Shown piece by piece: positions 25,477 through 37,888 of a DNA stretch of 64,000 nt. Under the pieces are notes generated by a model. It ran no database searches and was not told the origin of the DNA. It saw only the letters and a list, made by a program, of their open reading frames with translations. A program made the translations under genes and the position numbers. The DNA lies in the NCBI GenBank assembly GCA_013239625.1, contig MU053799.1, positions 1-64,000 of the forward strand, given 5' to 3'. The DNA comes from Lama guanicoe (lineage: Eukaryota). Each line of letters starts with the position of its first letter. Within the stretch, counting starts at the first letter, position 1.

Positions 25477-26502
25477 TTTTTTCATTTTCCACATTTGACC
25501 AGCAGGGGCGGCTCTGTGCCTGCCCTGTGGTCCCAGCACAGCTGCTTGGGAGGACCACTGACTCCCAGGATCTGGGCTGGGGGCAGGGCCTGGGCCCCTC
25601 TTGGGGACTCAACAGTGTTCCTACATGTCCTTTGAACAAACTCACTGTCCCTTTGTCACTGAGACCTGCACTGGTGCATCCGGGGGTCAGATAGCTTTTC
25701 TAGACTGTCCTTTATAAACAGGGGAAGGGGCTGTATCCATTAATGTTTCCATATAACAGATTTGCAGCTTCCATGGATTAGGGCTCCATTTGGAAACGAA
25801 AACATTATAGGATGCGCCTCAGCACAAAACAACCACAGAAGGAAGCCGACCGTGGACCTGTGAATGGAGACAGGGACCAGGTGAGCTGCCCAACCAGCTG
25901 GGCTCTCAGGTCTCTGGTCCTTGGTGAGGTTGTGCCCTGTGACCAGAAGGAGGCACTGTGGGCCTGACCTGTGGTCCAGGACTGAGTCCAGGAAGACCCC
26001 TGTCCCCTCCCACCCCAGACACGGGCTCTGTGTCTTCCTAGTAGAATCACTGCTGGAGGAGGAGGGCCAGCTCAGCTCTTTTGAAAAAGACAAGTGGAGA
26101 TTTCACAGAGGAAGGGAGACCTGTCCCAGGGATGGGGGTAGCTGCTGGGGGCGGAATAGATTTCTGGGCCCAGGAAGAGAGGACCCCACTATCTCCTCCT
26201 TCAGCCCTCAGGATCTGCAGGGAAGATACTTAGGACTGAGGTCACAGGGCTGGGGGGAGTACATTTGGTGACAGAGGTCACCCCCATCACTCAGTGCCTC
26301 ATCACAATGCCTTATGCCCCACATCTGCTCCCTCTAGACCTCCCCTAGCAGACATCAGGTGACACTGGGCCGGGAGAGGGAGGAAGCTGATTTGCATGAA
26401 GCCCATTCTCCTCCCAGTGGGTCCAGGAGGCAAGAAAAGGCTTGAGGACCCCACAGTGCAGCCCAGAAGGCTGAGGAGCTGCGTCCCAGGTGCATCCCTA
26501 CC

Positions 26503-26959
26503 ATGGCCTGACCGGTGCTTCTGCTCGGGCTCCTCGCTCACGGCTCAGGTCAGGGGCTGGGACGCTGCATCTTTGGGGGGGGCGCTTACAGACAGGTGTC
26601 GGCATGACCTTGGTCTCCATAACTACCCCTGTCTCTCTTCTGTCACTTTTAGGGGTGGATTCTCAGACTGTGGTGACCCAGGAGCCGTCCCTGTCAGTGT
26701 CTCCAGGAGGGACGGTCACCCTCACCTGTGGCCTCAGCTCTGGGTCTGTCACTACCAGTAACTACCCTGGTTGGTTCCAGCAGACAACAGGCCAGGCTCC
26801 CCGAGCTCTTATCTACAGCACAAACAGCCGTCACTCTGGGGTCCCCAGTAGCTTCTCTGGATCCATCTCTGGGAACAAAGCCGCCCTCACCATCACGGGG
26901 GCCCAACCCAAGGACGAGGCCAACTATGACTGTTCTCTGTACCCTGGTAGTTACCCTGA
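26503..26959 (+). pseudogene. IGLV8: IGLV8-like pseudogene
   Basis: Octamer 26390-26397 intact; leader reads ATG GCC TGA (stop at 26509-26511); V exon from 26653 is open but has YDC for YYC. Confidence 0.92.
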
Positions 26960-26998
26960 TACAGTGATGTAACTTCGCAGGGAAGTGCTACCAAAACC
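26960..26998 (+). other. V RSS with mutated heptamer
   Basis: TACAGTG, 23 nt, ACCAAAACC. Confidence 0.85.
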
Positions 26999-28436
26999 TT
27001 CCCCTGAGGTCAGAGGGCTCAGCCCTGAGGGGCAGGAGAGGAAGAGAGAGGGTGAAATGTCAGCACCACAGGGGGAGGGGGCGCCGTGCCCCCATCTCCT
27101 GCCCAGGTGTTCCAGGCCACATGCCTCCTCCAGCCTCCCCCAGGCTGTGTCCATCTCTTCAAGGGATGTCCCCCCTCACATTATGATGATGATCTTGGCT
27201 CAGCTCCAAATCCTATCCCCAAGCCGTGAGACTCAGGAATCCAGCACCATCAGGATGACCTTCCCTGTTGATCTTGCTGATCTCTGGTTGGACAAATAAA
27301 CTCCCTGCACTGTGACCTCAGCAGGGGTCTCAGCACTGCTGGGCAGGACCTGTGCTCCCAGCCCCCCTGACAGAAGTGGGCTGGCCCTGTCAGCCCTGGG
27401 GGAGTGTCTAGGGGTCCAGGGCGAGGAGCCTCCATCCCACCAGGTCATCCAGCCTGAGCCAGGTGGGCCGTCGGTGTGGTCAGCTGTCCAGTTCTCGCCC
27501 CTGGATTCTGGCAGCCCAGGGAGAGCTGGGCTTTCTCCCCATTGTTTAGTGTGAGACTGAACGAGGGAGACAAGGCAGGCTAGTCTGCACTTCTGTCCGC
27601 CTACTGAGGACTGTAGGGCCAGTGAGGACTAAGCCCTGACCCCACCTAGCTTAACAGGAGTGAATCTGAGCTGGGGGCAGGGATGGACACTGCGGTGCCC
27701 TTCCCTTTCTGGTGTCCTGGTGGCCACGGAGCCCAGTGGGCCAAGTACCCGCCCACTGCAGCAAAGCAGCCCCTCTCAGCCCGGCTTCCCTCCCTGAGGT
27801 TAGCATGTCCAGCAGGTGGTTGGTCCCCACGCCCCCTGGATGTGAAGGAGCTGGTGACCACAGCTGCCCCACGGTCCCCAGGATGGAGTCAGCAGCACAG
27901 AGCAGTGGGGTCAGGGCCCCCCTTTGCTAGGTCAGTGGCAGTGAACACACCCCAACCTTCTGCTGCAGGATGATCCCTGACCAACGAAGACTAAAGGGGA
28001 CTCAGAGTTTCTTGATGTCACCTCCCCAAAGTCCAGGATCCAGTAAAAATGTCATTTGTCATATCAACAACTGGGAAAATAAATATTGGTGTGAAAACAG
28101 TATCCGTTGGCAGCAATACCGAGATGACTCAGTGATGACATACGTGTAGGGTTCAAAATCAAACCCCCAGATGAGCAGGTACAGGCACTGGGAACATGGA
28201 GCAGGAGGTCAACGGAGGCAGAAATAGAACCAGGAGAATAAAGTGGATGGAAACACACATCTGAAATACAACAGAGGAAAATAAAAAATCTCTCTCCAAG
28301 GGCTCAAAGACATGTAATGCACATAATTATTTTATTTCCTTACCTGATTATTGAGTGGTTGATGATTCCTTGGAAGGAAAAAAAAGGCTGCCATCCCTAC
28401 TGCATCATTTCCACCACCATGAACATTCAGAGAGCG

Positions 28437-28452
28437 TCACCAGGGGGCGCTG
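28437..28452 (+). promoter_or_regulatory. CTCF-like motif
   Basis: TCACCAGGGGGCGCTG. Confidence 0.65.
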
Positions 28453-29869
28453 TGGGTCCACTCAGAACCCGCCAAGCCTGAACCCCACTCAGGCTCCTTC
28501 TGACTGGGCCCTGCACCCCGGCTGACTGGCTGTAGCTGGAATGTGGAGGCAGGTGCTTCTTCTCAGGGGACAAAGCCCGCCCCGACCTCCTCAGGCCCCG
28601 CCTGGAGGTATCACAGCACTCTGGAAGCTGTTTTGGTTCCAGAAGCACATGTCCTTTAGCTGCTCTGACCGGTTCACCTGATAACAAAGGGTCTGGGCTG
28701 GACGGACTCTGGTACAACAAGCTCGTGCTCTGTTCCCTCTGTGAGATGCAAGACCCCCGTCACTGGGGTCTTGTGATTCATCAGATGCTGTTTGAAGATT
28801 TAATTCTGAGAGAACATATAAAAAGAAACAGATTCAAGACACTGTGTAGCGCGTTCGTTCTGGGGCAGTGGGCTTTCCACAATTCAACGTCAATGCGGAT
28901 GTTCCTGGGGGCATGTGGACACTGAGCATCTGTCCATGTGACAGTCACCGGGCACCTGCTTATGTCCCTACAAGATTAGTTGGGTGTCTGGGGTAATCTA
29001 CACTAAGACACCAGGGTCCCAATATCCCAGCTCTGCTCCACAACCAGGACGGCTGTAGGTTGTGGTCTGGAGTAGAGAAGGAAGAGGGACAGGGATTGAA
29101 TTAAGCCTGCATCTCCCCAGATTCCTTCCATGTCCTGCTCTGTAAGCGTCTGTGTCCCTCTGGGAGGTCCTGGTCACACGCAGCGCCCTGAGCCAGCCTG
29201 CCACCTCTGAGCCCCCGCACTGGCAGATCCCTGCTGCTGTTTGTTCCCTGCGTCCTTTTCTCAGCTCCGCGGCAGTTCACATGCTCTCCGGGGTCAGGAC
29301 GTCACGTATGCCTCCTGATAGCCCATCACCTACGGATCCGGGACCCGAATCAGTGAGGGTCACACCAGGTCACACCTGCATGGTTCCCTGTAGGGATGAC
29401 TCACTAGTGGGAAACACAGGAGTCAGGGAAACAGGTGAAGGTGAGTTTTCAGGCCAGAGAGAAAGGAGAGGTTCTCCCGGGGAGCAGTAGAGGGCGCCGT
29501 GAGGCTGTCTGTGGTGGTTTAGGTGCTCAGGGCAGGGCTGGCCTCCTCTATGGGAGACTCGGGGTGGGGACCTCAGCTTCCGATGTGGGGTGGGCAGCCG
29601 TGTCCCTTCTGGGCCTGTTCTGGTCCCCTGCACGTGGGCCTGCAGCGGGTCCCAGCAGCTGTCCTCCCAAGGCCACCCATGGGGAAAACAGTCACCAGGG
29701 AGGCTCCCTGTCCAAAGGCCCCAGACCATGTCTGTGCACATGGGGGAGTGGCAGCAGGTGGGGACACATTTGCGTGACAGCTCCTCCTCCTTGGCGGCCC
29801 TCAGGGAGGGATAAGAGAGGCCAGGGCAGCCCAGCCTCAGCTCATGGCCTAAGCAGGACTGTGAGCACC

Positions 29870-30359
29870 ATGGCTCGGATCCCCGCCCTCCTCGTGCTCC
29901 TCTCCCTCTGTGCAGGTACGACGGGCCTCGGGGACCCAGGCGGCTCCCAGCCGAGTAGTTGCTTCTACCTCAGGTCCCCAAACAGCTGCATCCCATCCCT
30001 TCTCCTGACTCTGCTGTGTCTGTGTTTGCAGGGTCCCTCACCCAGCCTGTGCTGACTCAGCCGCCCTCCCTCTCTGGGTCTCTGGGAGCATCAGCCAGAC
30101 TCACCTGCACCCTGAGCAGTGGGAACAGTGTTGGCAGCTATGCTATAAGCTGGTACCAGCAGAAGGCAGGGAGCCCTCCCCGGTACCTCCTGGACTACTA
30201 CTCAGACTCCAGCAAGCACCAGGGCTCCGGAGTCCCGAGCCGCTTCTCTGGGTCCAAAGATGCCTCGGCCAATGCAGGGCTTCTGCTCATCTCTGGGCTG
30301 CAGCCCGAGGACGAGGCTGACTATTACTGTGCTGCAGGGGACAGCAGCAGTAATCCTCA
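29870..30359 (+). CDS. IGLV5: IGLV5-like lambda V segment, open frame (exons 29870-29915, 30032-30359)
   Basis: [41 protein letters not shown]...[16 protein letters not shown] intron; variant octamer ATTTGCGT at 29768-29775. Confidence 0.88.
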
Positions 30360-30398
30360 CACAGTGCCCCAGACCCACAGGGAAGTGAGACTAAAACC
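30360..30398 (+). other. V RSS (23-nt spacer)
   Basis: CACAGTG, 23 nt, ACTAAAACC. Confidence 0.92.
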
Positions 30399-32199
30399 TC
30401 CCCTGTGCTCCCCGCTGGGCCATTCCTGCGCTGTGCCTGGGACCAGGTCGCACTCAGGGTGACTTTCTGTTGTCACATCTTCAGGAAACACCTGAGTTTC
30501 CTCTGAACAGCAAATCTGACCCCGTCGCAGCCTCTTCCTCATCTCACATCTGAGACTGAGCGTTGCTGTTGCATCTCAGCCTGCTCGTGTTTCCACAGGC
30601 AGACAGGACTTGCTCTAAGATAAAAACCTCCCCGTGGAGATGTTATAAGTGGTAGACAGTGGTTGGTCCCAGCCCTGCCCCCTCAGTGTCTAAGGGTGAC
30701 CCCAGGATGCTTCTTGTCTAAGAGCTTCAATCTGAGGTCTGAGATCCAAAATCAATATGTGGAAGTGAGCGGTAAAATACACGCTGGCAATGAACCATCA
30801 GAAATTGACAGTAAGATGTAAAAATACCAACTAATGGCTTCAAAACTAAGAAATAGGTAATGATAAATCTGACAAATAAAATCCTCCTGATTTTTCCGAT
30901 GGCAGAGCCTCCTTGACCCCCGCAGGGCTCCTCCTGAGTGGGAGGGTGATGACCACTGTCACACAGCTGAGCACAGCCTGGATGGGCTGAGACTCCAGTC
31001 CCCGGGATGGGAGATGGGCATCTGCCCCCCACTCTCCCCTGTGTGACCCCTCAGGCCCTGCCCCCGCTGTGGGCAACGCCCGCTGTGGTTTTGGAATCTG
31101 CCGTCACTTCAGTTACAAGAACCAGACAGAGTGATGTTCTGGAGTCAGTGTGATCCTGAATGGGCTGAAAATAACCTCCTCTCTTACTGGTCTTCCAGGG
31201 ACAAATCATTTGTCACCAGTATCTAGATTAGCCCCCCTCGTGCTGGCTGGGGAGGACAAGGAGGAGACAAGTCCAGCCTGTGGGACCCAGGGCACCTGGT
31301 CCTGCTCTGGCCAATCCCCTCGTGTCCCATGAGCCTGGCCCAGGCTCTGCTGGTGAGCCCTGTGCTCTGAGACCTTCACGAAGCAGAATCCTTGTCCAGG
31401 TGGGAGGAGCTATTGGACGCCAAGGTGCAGGAGACCCTCCCTTCCCATGGACAACCAGCTACTCTCTCGAGTTTACCTCCATCAGTCTAGTTGTCTCCCA
31501 CTCTGGTTTCTGTTTTGTTTTGCTTTTATTGGGAGGTTATTTGAATGGATCTCATTTCGTTGGAGTCTAGAGCCTATGATCCAACCCTCAGTATCACACA
31601 GAACCTCAACATTACAGGAACGTTTCTAGAACTTTTTCTTCTGTCTTCCATGCCAATCTATTGGGGACTTTACTGAATGAACGTAAGGTTCGGGGGATGG
31701 GTAACAGCTGTGGAGGCCACTTAGGGTCAGAAGACGAGGGAGCACCTCCACGTAATTAACTAAGTCAGTCATTAATTACAGGTGATTGTAATAATGACTC
31801 ACCCTCAATCCTTAAACTGAAAGCAATTGAAAAATTATACCAAAATGGAAAAACAAAATTATGAACCCATCCCAGATTCAGAAGAGGAAAGAATGAATCC
31901 TCAGCTAAACAATTAAAGGACAAGTGAAGCCTGAGGTACAGGATGGGAGGACACTGTGTCTCTACTACGTTGTGTTCTAGGGGCCAAGAGAGCCATCAGA
32001 TGCCTGAAATTGGGCCCTGGGGGTGGGGATCTAACAGGCGTCCCTCACAACAAGACCACCACCAACAATAAAGTGTCGGCCTGTCAGGGTAACACATATG
32101 GAATTTTTGTCAATATGAACCAGGAGGGTACACTGTAGACTGTTACGTTATGAACTTGGTTTATTTTAGTTATTTTTGAAAGTTTTTCTTTGGAAGTAA

Positions 32200-32298
32200 T
32201 TAGTTTATTTGCTTATTTTCAGTGGAGGTACTGAGGATTAAACCCATGACATCGTGCACACTAAGCACGCACTCTACCACTGAGCTGTACCCTCCCCC
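32200..32298 (-). mobile_element. tRNA-derived SINE (Vic-1-like), paralogue of 21290-21385
   Basis: Same element at the equivalent position in the duplicated cassette. Confidence 0.8.
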
Positions 32299-33210
32299 TT
32301 GAACGTGGTTCATGATGGCCTTGTATTTGCACTGACCCAGGCACATGGAAGGATCAGACAAGATGCCAGGTGATCTTGAAACACAAGCAAGAGAAGGGCT
32401 GTGCAATACTTCCCAGCGTTAGTACCTGGAGGGCATTCATTGTCTAGAAATGATCTAGACAGTTAATGTCTCAGTCCCAATCCCAGTGGAGGAGCCTCCT
32501 CCGTCTACTCATGTGGGGAGTAAGATGACAAAGATGCGTGTGCAGAACTAGGCTGCCCTCCAGGAGTGCTGGGTGGAGACAGAGGGGCTGGCGGGCCCTA
32601 GAACAGAGACCAGTAGGGGGCACTGTTGTACAGGTCCTGAGAAGGCAGGGTTCTGGGCAAAGCTACCACTGAAAATTTTCTATTGACACCTGCACACTTG
32701 GACAGCGACCTTTGAAGTGTGTGGTCTTGATTGTTTATGTGACCAAAATCGAGGATCACACACCCACTCCTGGGAACAAGGTCGAGAACATGTTGCCCCA
32801 GCATCTCAATTGTGCCCCCAAAGCCTGTCCTGGAAAAAGCACATTATCTGATTGCACCCCATCCAGAAGGGTTTCCTGACATCAGAGGCAGGGAGATTCC
32901 ATGATGGGTCAGGACAGAACCGGGACACATGCAGATCCCAGGTCTGTCTCAAACAAGATGGCTGCTGAGTACTCAGGAGTTGATCAGTCTGCACCATTTA
33001 CTGGACACCTACTATGTGCTGGGCTCAGGTGGAAGATACACATCGTTAGAGGATGGAAGCTAGGACCACCCCCTGGGCCTGCCGGGTGCCCTCTGCTCAA
33101 GGCTCCCAGATGGAACACCCCCCAAGCCTGGGCCCCACACAGCCCTGACCCTGCCCAACCCCTGGGACCTGACCCTGGGCCAGGGAGGGACCAGAGAGCT
33201 GGTGGGTGTG

Positions 33211-33218
33211 ATTTGCAT
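33211..33218 (+). promoter_or_regulatory. Octamer motif of IGLV promoter
   Basis: ATTTGCAT upstream of the ATG at 33324. Confidence 0.85.
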
Positions 33219-33323
33219 GACTGGCCCCTCCCTCTCCCAGAATATGGATTAGAGGAGAGACCTGGGGACACTCTGCTCAGCTGTGGGGCTACAGGAAACA
33301 AGGACCCAGTGACCATCCCCACC

Positions 33324-33788
33324 ATGGCCTGGTCCCCTCTCCTCCTCACCCTGCTGGCTCATTGTACAGGTGACTGGATGAGGGACAGGGGAAGAGGCCC
33401 TGGCAGGACACCCGTGCTCCGGGTCCTCCTCTTGTGTCTGGAACCCAGAATCAGCATCTCTGTCTCTCCCACTTGCAGGGTCCTGGGCCCAGTCTGTGCT
33501 GACTCAGCTGTCCTCCATGTCTGGATCCCCGGGCCAGACGGTCACCATCACCTGCACAGGAAGCAGCAGCAACATCGGGGGTGGTTATTATTTGAGCTGG
33601 TACCAACAACTCCCAGGAACGGCACCCAAACTTCTGATCTACAATGCTAACAATCGAGCCTCAGGGGTCCCCAACCGCTTCTCTGGCTCCAAGACTGGCA
33701 GCTTGGCCTCCCTGACCATCACTGGGCTCCAGGCTGAGGATGAGGCTGATTACTACTGTGGATGTTATGACAGCAGCCTCAGTACTGG
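33324..33788 (+). CDS. IGLV1: IGLV1-like lambda V segment, apparently functional (exons 33324-33369, 33479-33788)
   Basis: [118 protein letters not shown]. Confidence 0.93.
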
Positions 33789-33827
33789 CACAGTGCTCCA
33801 GGCCGGCAGGGAAGTGAGACAAAAACC
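33789..33827 (+). other. V RSS (consensus, 23-nt spacer)
   Basis: CACAGTG, 23 nt, ACAAAAACC. Confidence 0.95.
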
Positions 33828-35969
33828 TACTGTTCCCTAGCCATGGGGCTCCCTGGGCAGCCCCCACTGCTCAGCCAACACAGCTGCATCCTTTCTTTGT
33901 TTTTCTTGAACATGGAGTCTTAAATCCACATGAAGTTACTTTGTCTAGAGCATGTGTCCTCACCTCTCAAATTCTGCCCCTAAGCCCAGTCCTTGTCAGC
34001 AGAGCCTTGTCTGCTTTTCTCAAAGTGAACAGGACTTCCTGGATACCCCTGGGCGGCTGCACTGGTGACTGAGCCCACGCTGGGTCAGAATCAGGGACAC
34101 GAAGTCCAGATGTGCCTGATTGGGAAGGACTATACAGAGGTCCGTCCATCCACACCATTGAGTGAACACTACCAGGTGCCCGGTAGGTTCCAGCGCTTGG
34201 ATACAGCTTGAAGGACATAGGGATGCCTGTGACCTTGTCAATACATCACACGTGACTGAGGAGGAAGAGGTGGGCTTGGCGGGTGGACATGGGAGCCATT
34301 GGACGGGGTACGAGGAAGAAACAGAAACTGATGATGTGTGGGTTCCACACAGAAGGTGAGGGAGGAGGAGGTGAGAGTGAGGGAAGGGACCACTTGGGGA
34401 TGTGAACTGGACACAATGGTCAAACTGTGGCGTCGGGGATGACGGGGGAGCAGGTGAGGGTAAGGAGCACAGTCAGATGCCAGGTGTTTCGGCGGTAGGA
34501 GTAAGTATAGAAAGGGGTCGGGAAAAAGTGTCGGGTTTAGGAATCTCGTGGGGCAGGGCTGAGCTGCAGTCCACTGAGATGACGTGATGACCACATTCTG
34601 CTAACACAAGATTATTGAGATCAGAGACCATCAAGGAAAAGACTGGCTCTTGATAGATGATGGAGCGTCAGTTATCCCAGAAGTGTGTCTCTAGGGGGCG
34701 CTCATTTCACATTCAATGGAACATTTACCTTCTGCTGTTAAATGCCAAGGAACTGGAAGAGCAGACTGGAAGGAAGGAAGGAGTCGGGACACGTGTTCTC
34801 AGGGCTTCCCACGTGCTAGAACCCACGGCTTTGGAAAGCACAGGACCACAACGTCTCCTCCTGATCGACTGGTGGGCACCTCAGGGATGGGCTACTGACA
34901 ACGTTGTGTTGACATCTTCCCAGAAGGTTCCTTTATGCAGCCAGGACTGATCACACCCATGTGGCTGCACCTGTCAGGTCTTGATGAGAAAAAGGACAGA
35001 CAGGATGGGACAGGCAGAGATGGCAGAGACTCAGCTCCAGACTGGATCCCTGGCCTCAGGGATCTGTATTCCCCCCTGGTCAGGGTCCAGGCGATGGGTC
35101 CACACTGACCCCATCAAGTCCTGTGGGGACTGGAAGACATTAGGATGGGCTCAATAAGTGTCGGGACAAACTCTTGTGGGAGAAACAAAGAAACTCTGCT
35201 AGATCAACAAGGTTGGAAGCCACGTAAAGGAAGACACCAGCACAGTGCAGCAGATACGAGGAATGGGGACCCAGAAACCAGGAAGTCCCTGTCCCCCCTC
35301 TTCTGGGGTCACATCAGAAAGACTGCTGTAAAATTGAACACTTGCCATGGGGTCAGGGGACTTCCCAGGGGTTGGAGGAGGAGACCCTGTGGTCAGCAGG
35401 GGGCATAATGCAGAATCCCAGAGGGGATGTTGGGGCAGACAGCTGGTCAACCACTCAGACTGGACAGACTGTCCTCATCGATGTGTGACCATCCTCCCTG
35501 TGAGGCCCCATCACCTGGGAGCTCCTGGTCCTGCTCCCTCAGCACATGGTGCAGATGGGGGTCATCTCCTCCCCATTCTCTAAGGAATCTTTGCCAAACC
35601 CGGGTCACGGAGGTGCTTATAGAAGGTGAGGAGTCAGCGTGTGTTTCAAGGAGGACGAGGGCTCCTGGGAGAGTCTGTGCAGAGGAGACACAGTTCGTGG
35701 GCAGAGTCCTCTCCGTGGAACCTGTGTGATGTTGTGTGTGTGTGAAAGAGTGTGTGTTAGCATATTACAAATGTGTCTGTTTCTATTTTTGTATGGATTT
35801 AACATTATTACCATTTTTTCTTATTTGTGTTAAATTTATATTTTAAAATGTGTTAATTATAAAACAGAAGTATATTCGTAAAAATGACAGTTAATAACAT
35901 TATCAGTTTATTATCTGGTACTGTAATTTCTTTGTTAATATTTTGTTTAGAATGTTTGAGTCAATATTT

Positions 35970-36012
35970 GTCCATGGTCATAACACCTTGAACGCGCCCA
36001 ATCTCGTCTGAT
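35970..36012 (+). pseudogene. 5S rRNA 5' fragment (tailless retropseudogene)
   Basis: GTCCATGGTCATAACACCTTGAACGCGCCCAATCTCGTCTGAT matches the first 43 nt of vertebrate 5S rRNA at 37/43 (consensus recalled); flanked by TCAATATTT and TCAATAATT. Confidence 0.85.
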
Positions 36013-37281
36013 TCAATAATTAATGATAGTTGTTTGTAATGTTACTTCTTTGGTATTTTATTTACAGGTGTGTGTATAACCGTTTTAAATGCTTTCTCAA
36101 ACAAATTGAAATTTTACATCTTTTTCAACATTTTATAAAAATCATACAAATCATATCTATTGGAACCATGTGATGCTGACAGTTTGTTAGATTCTGGGTG
36201 AATATGTATGTTATGTTTTTTGTGGAATAACTCAATAATAAAATGTTTTGTTTTTTCCTATGAAATTAGTCCATTTACTTATTTTGTCTATTAGTCCCAA
36301 TGTTGTATTTTCCTATAAAAAATGCATTTTATCTTTTTTTCTAGAGATTACCTATATTTTTAATTTTTTGCATTTGCCACATTCTACCAGCAGGCAGCGC
36401 TTTGGGCCTGCCCTGTGGTCCCTGCACAGTGGCTCAAGGAGGATCATTCACTCCCAGGAGCTGGGCCTGGGGGCAGGGCCTGTGCTCCTGATGGGGACTC
36501 AGTAGCGTTCCTACACATCCTTAAAACCAACTCACTGTCCCCTTGTCACTGACACCTGCACTGGTGCACCCATGGGTCAGATGATTTTTCTAGACTGTAC
36601 TTTATGAAGGTGGGAGGCGGCTGTAAAATGGTTCCATATGCACAGTTTTGCAGCTTCCATGGACCAGGACTCCATTTGGAAATGAAAACACTATAGGAAG
36701 TGACTCAGCATGAAAGAACCACAGAATCAGGGAAGCCGACCAGGAATCTGTGAATGGAGACCAGGTGAGCTGCCCAAACAGCTGGGCCCTCAGGTCTCTG
36801 GTCCTCGGTGACACTGTGCCCCGTGACCAGCAAAGCATGCTGTGGGGCTGCCCTGTGGTCCAGGACTGAGACCAGTGAGACCCCTGTCCCTCCCACCCCA
36901 GTCACAGGCTCTGCGACTTCCCAGTGGACTCAGTGCTGGAGGAGGAGGGACAGCTCAGCTCATCCAAAGGAGACAAGCAGGGATTTCACAGAGGAAGGGA
37001 CACCTGTCCCAGGGATGGGGGTAGTTGTGGGGGGACTAGATTTCAGGGCCCAGAGGGGGGGAACCCACCATCTCCACCTTCAGCCCTCAGGCTCTACAGG
37101 GAAGAGATTTAGGACTGAGGTCACAGGGGCAGGGGGAGCACATTTGGTGACATATGTCACCCCCGTAACTCAGTGTCTCATTACTGTGCCTTCCTGGGTA
37201 AGGGTGACGTCTCCGCATCTGCTCCCTCCAGACCTCCCCAGGGGACATCAGGTGACACTGGCAGCAAGAGGGAGGAAGCTG

Positions 37282-37289
37282 ATTTGCAT
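37282..37289 (+). promoter_or_regulatory. Octamer motif of IGLV promoter
   Basis: ATTTGCAT upstream of the ATG at 37395. Confidence 0.85.
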
Positions 37290-37394
37290 GAAGTCTCTGC
37301 TCCTCCCAGTGGGTCCGGGAGGCATGAAAAGGCCCGAGGATCCCACAGTGCAGCCCAGGAGGCTGAGGAGCCGCGTCCCAGAAGCGTCCCCACC

Positions 37395-37849
37395 ATGGCC
37401 TGGACGGTGCTTCTGCTCGGGCTCCTCGCACACGGCTCAGGTCAGGGGCCGGGACGCTGCAGTGTTGGGGGGCACCTACAGACAGGTGTCTGGGAGACCC
37501 TGGTCTCCTAAACCACACTTGTCTCTCACTTGTCACTTTCAGGGGTGGATTCTCAGACTGTGGTGACCCAGGAGCCGTCCCTGTCAGTGTCTCCAGGAGG
37601 GACGGTCACACTCACCTGCGGCCTCAGCTCTGGGTCTGTCACTACCAGTAACTACCCTGGTTGGTTCCAGCAGACACCAGGCCAGGCTCCACGCACTCTT
37701 ATCTACAGCACAAGCAGCCGTCACTCTGGGGTCCCCAGTCGCTTCTCCGGATCCATCTCTGGGAACAAAGCCGCCCTCACCATCACGGGGGCCCAGCCTG
37801 AGGACGAGGCCGACTATTACTGTGCTCTGGACATAGGTAGTTATACTGA
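37395..37849 (+). CDS. IGLV8: IGLV8-like lambda V segment, apparently functional (exons 37395-37440, 37543-37849)
   Basis: [117 protein letters not shown]. Confidence 0.94.
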
Positions 37850-37888
37850 CACAGTGATGTAACCTCACAGGGAAGTGCTACCAAAACC
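37850..37888 (+). other. V RSS (23-nt spacer)
   Basis: CACAGTG, 23 nt, ACCAAAACC. Confidence 0.93.

Noticed and set aside
26490..26972. 160-aa read-through ORF over the IGLV8 pseudogene
   Set aside because: Non-ATG start, no signal-like N-terminus, mutated heptamer and YDC motif
13478..37350. CACAGTG in the 5' UTR of all three IGLV8 copies (13478, 26453, 37344) as a cryptic RSS
   Set aside because: No acceptable nonamer at 12 or 23 nt in the copies checked
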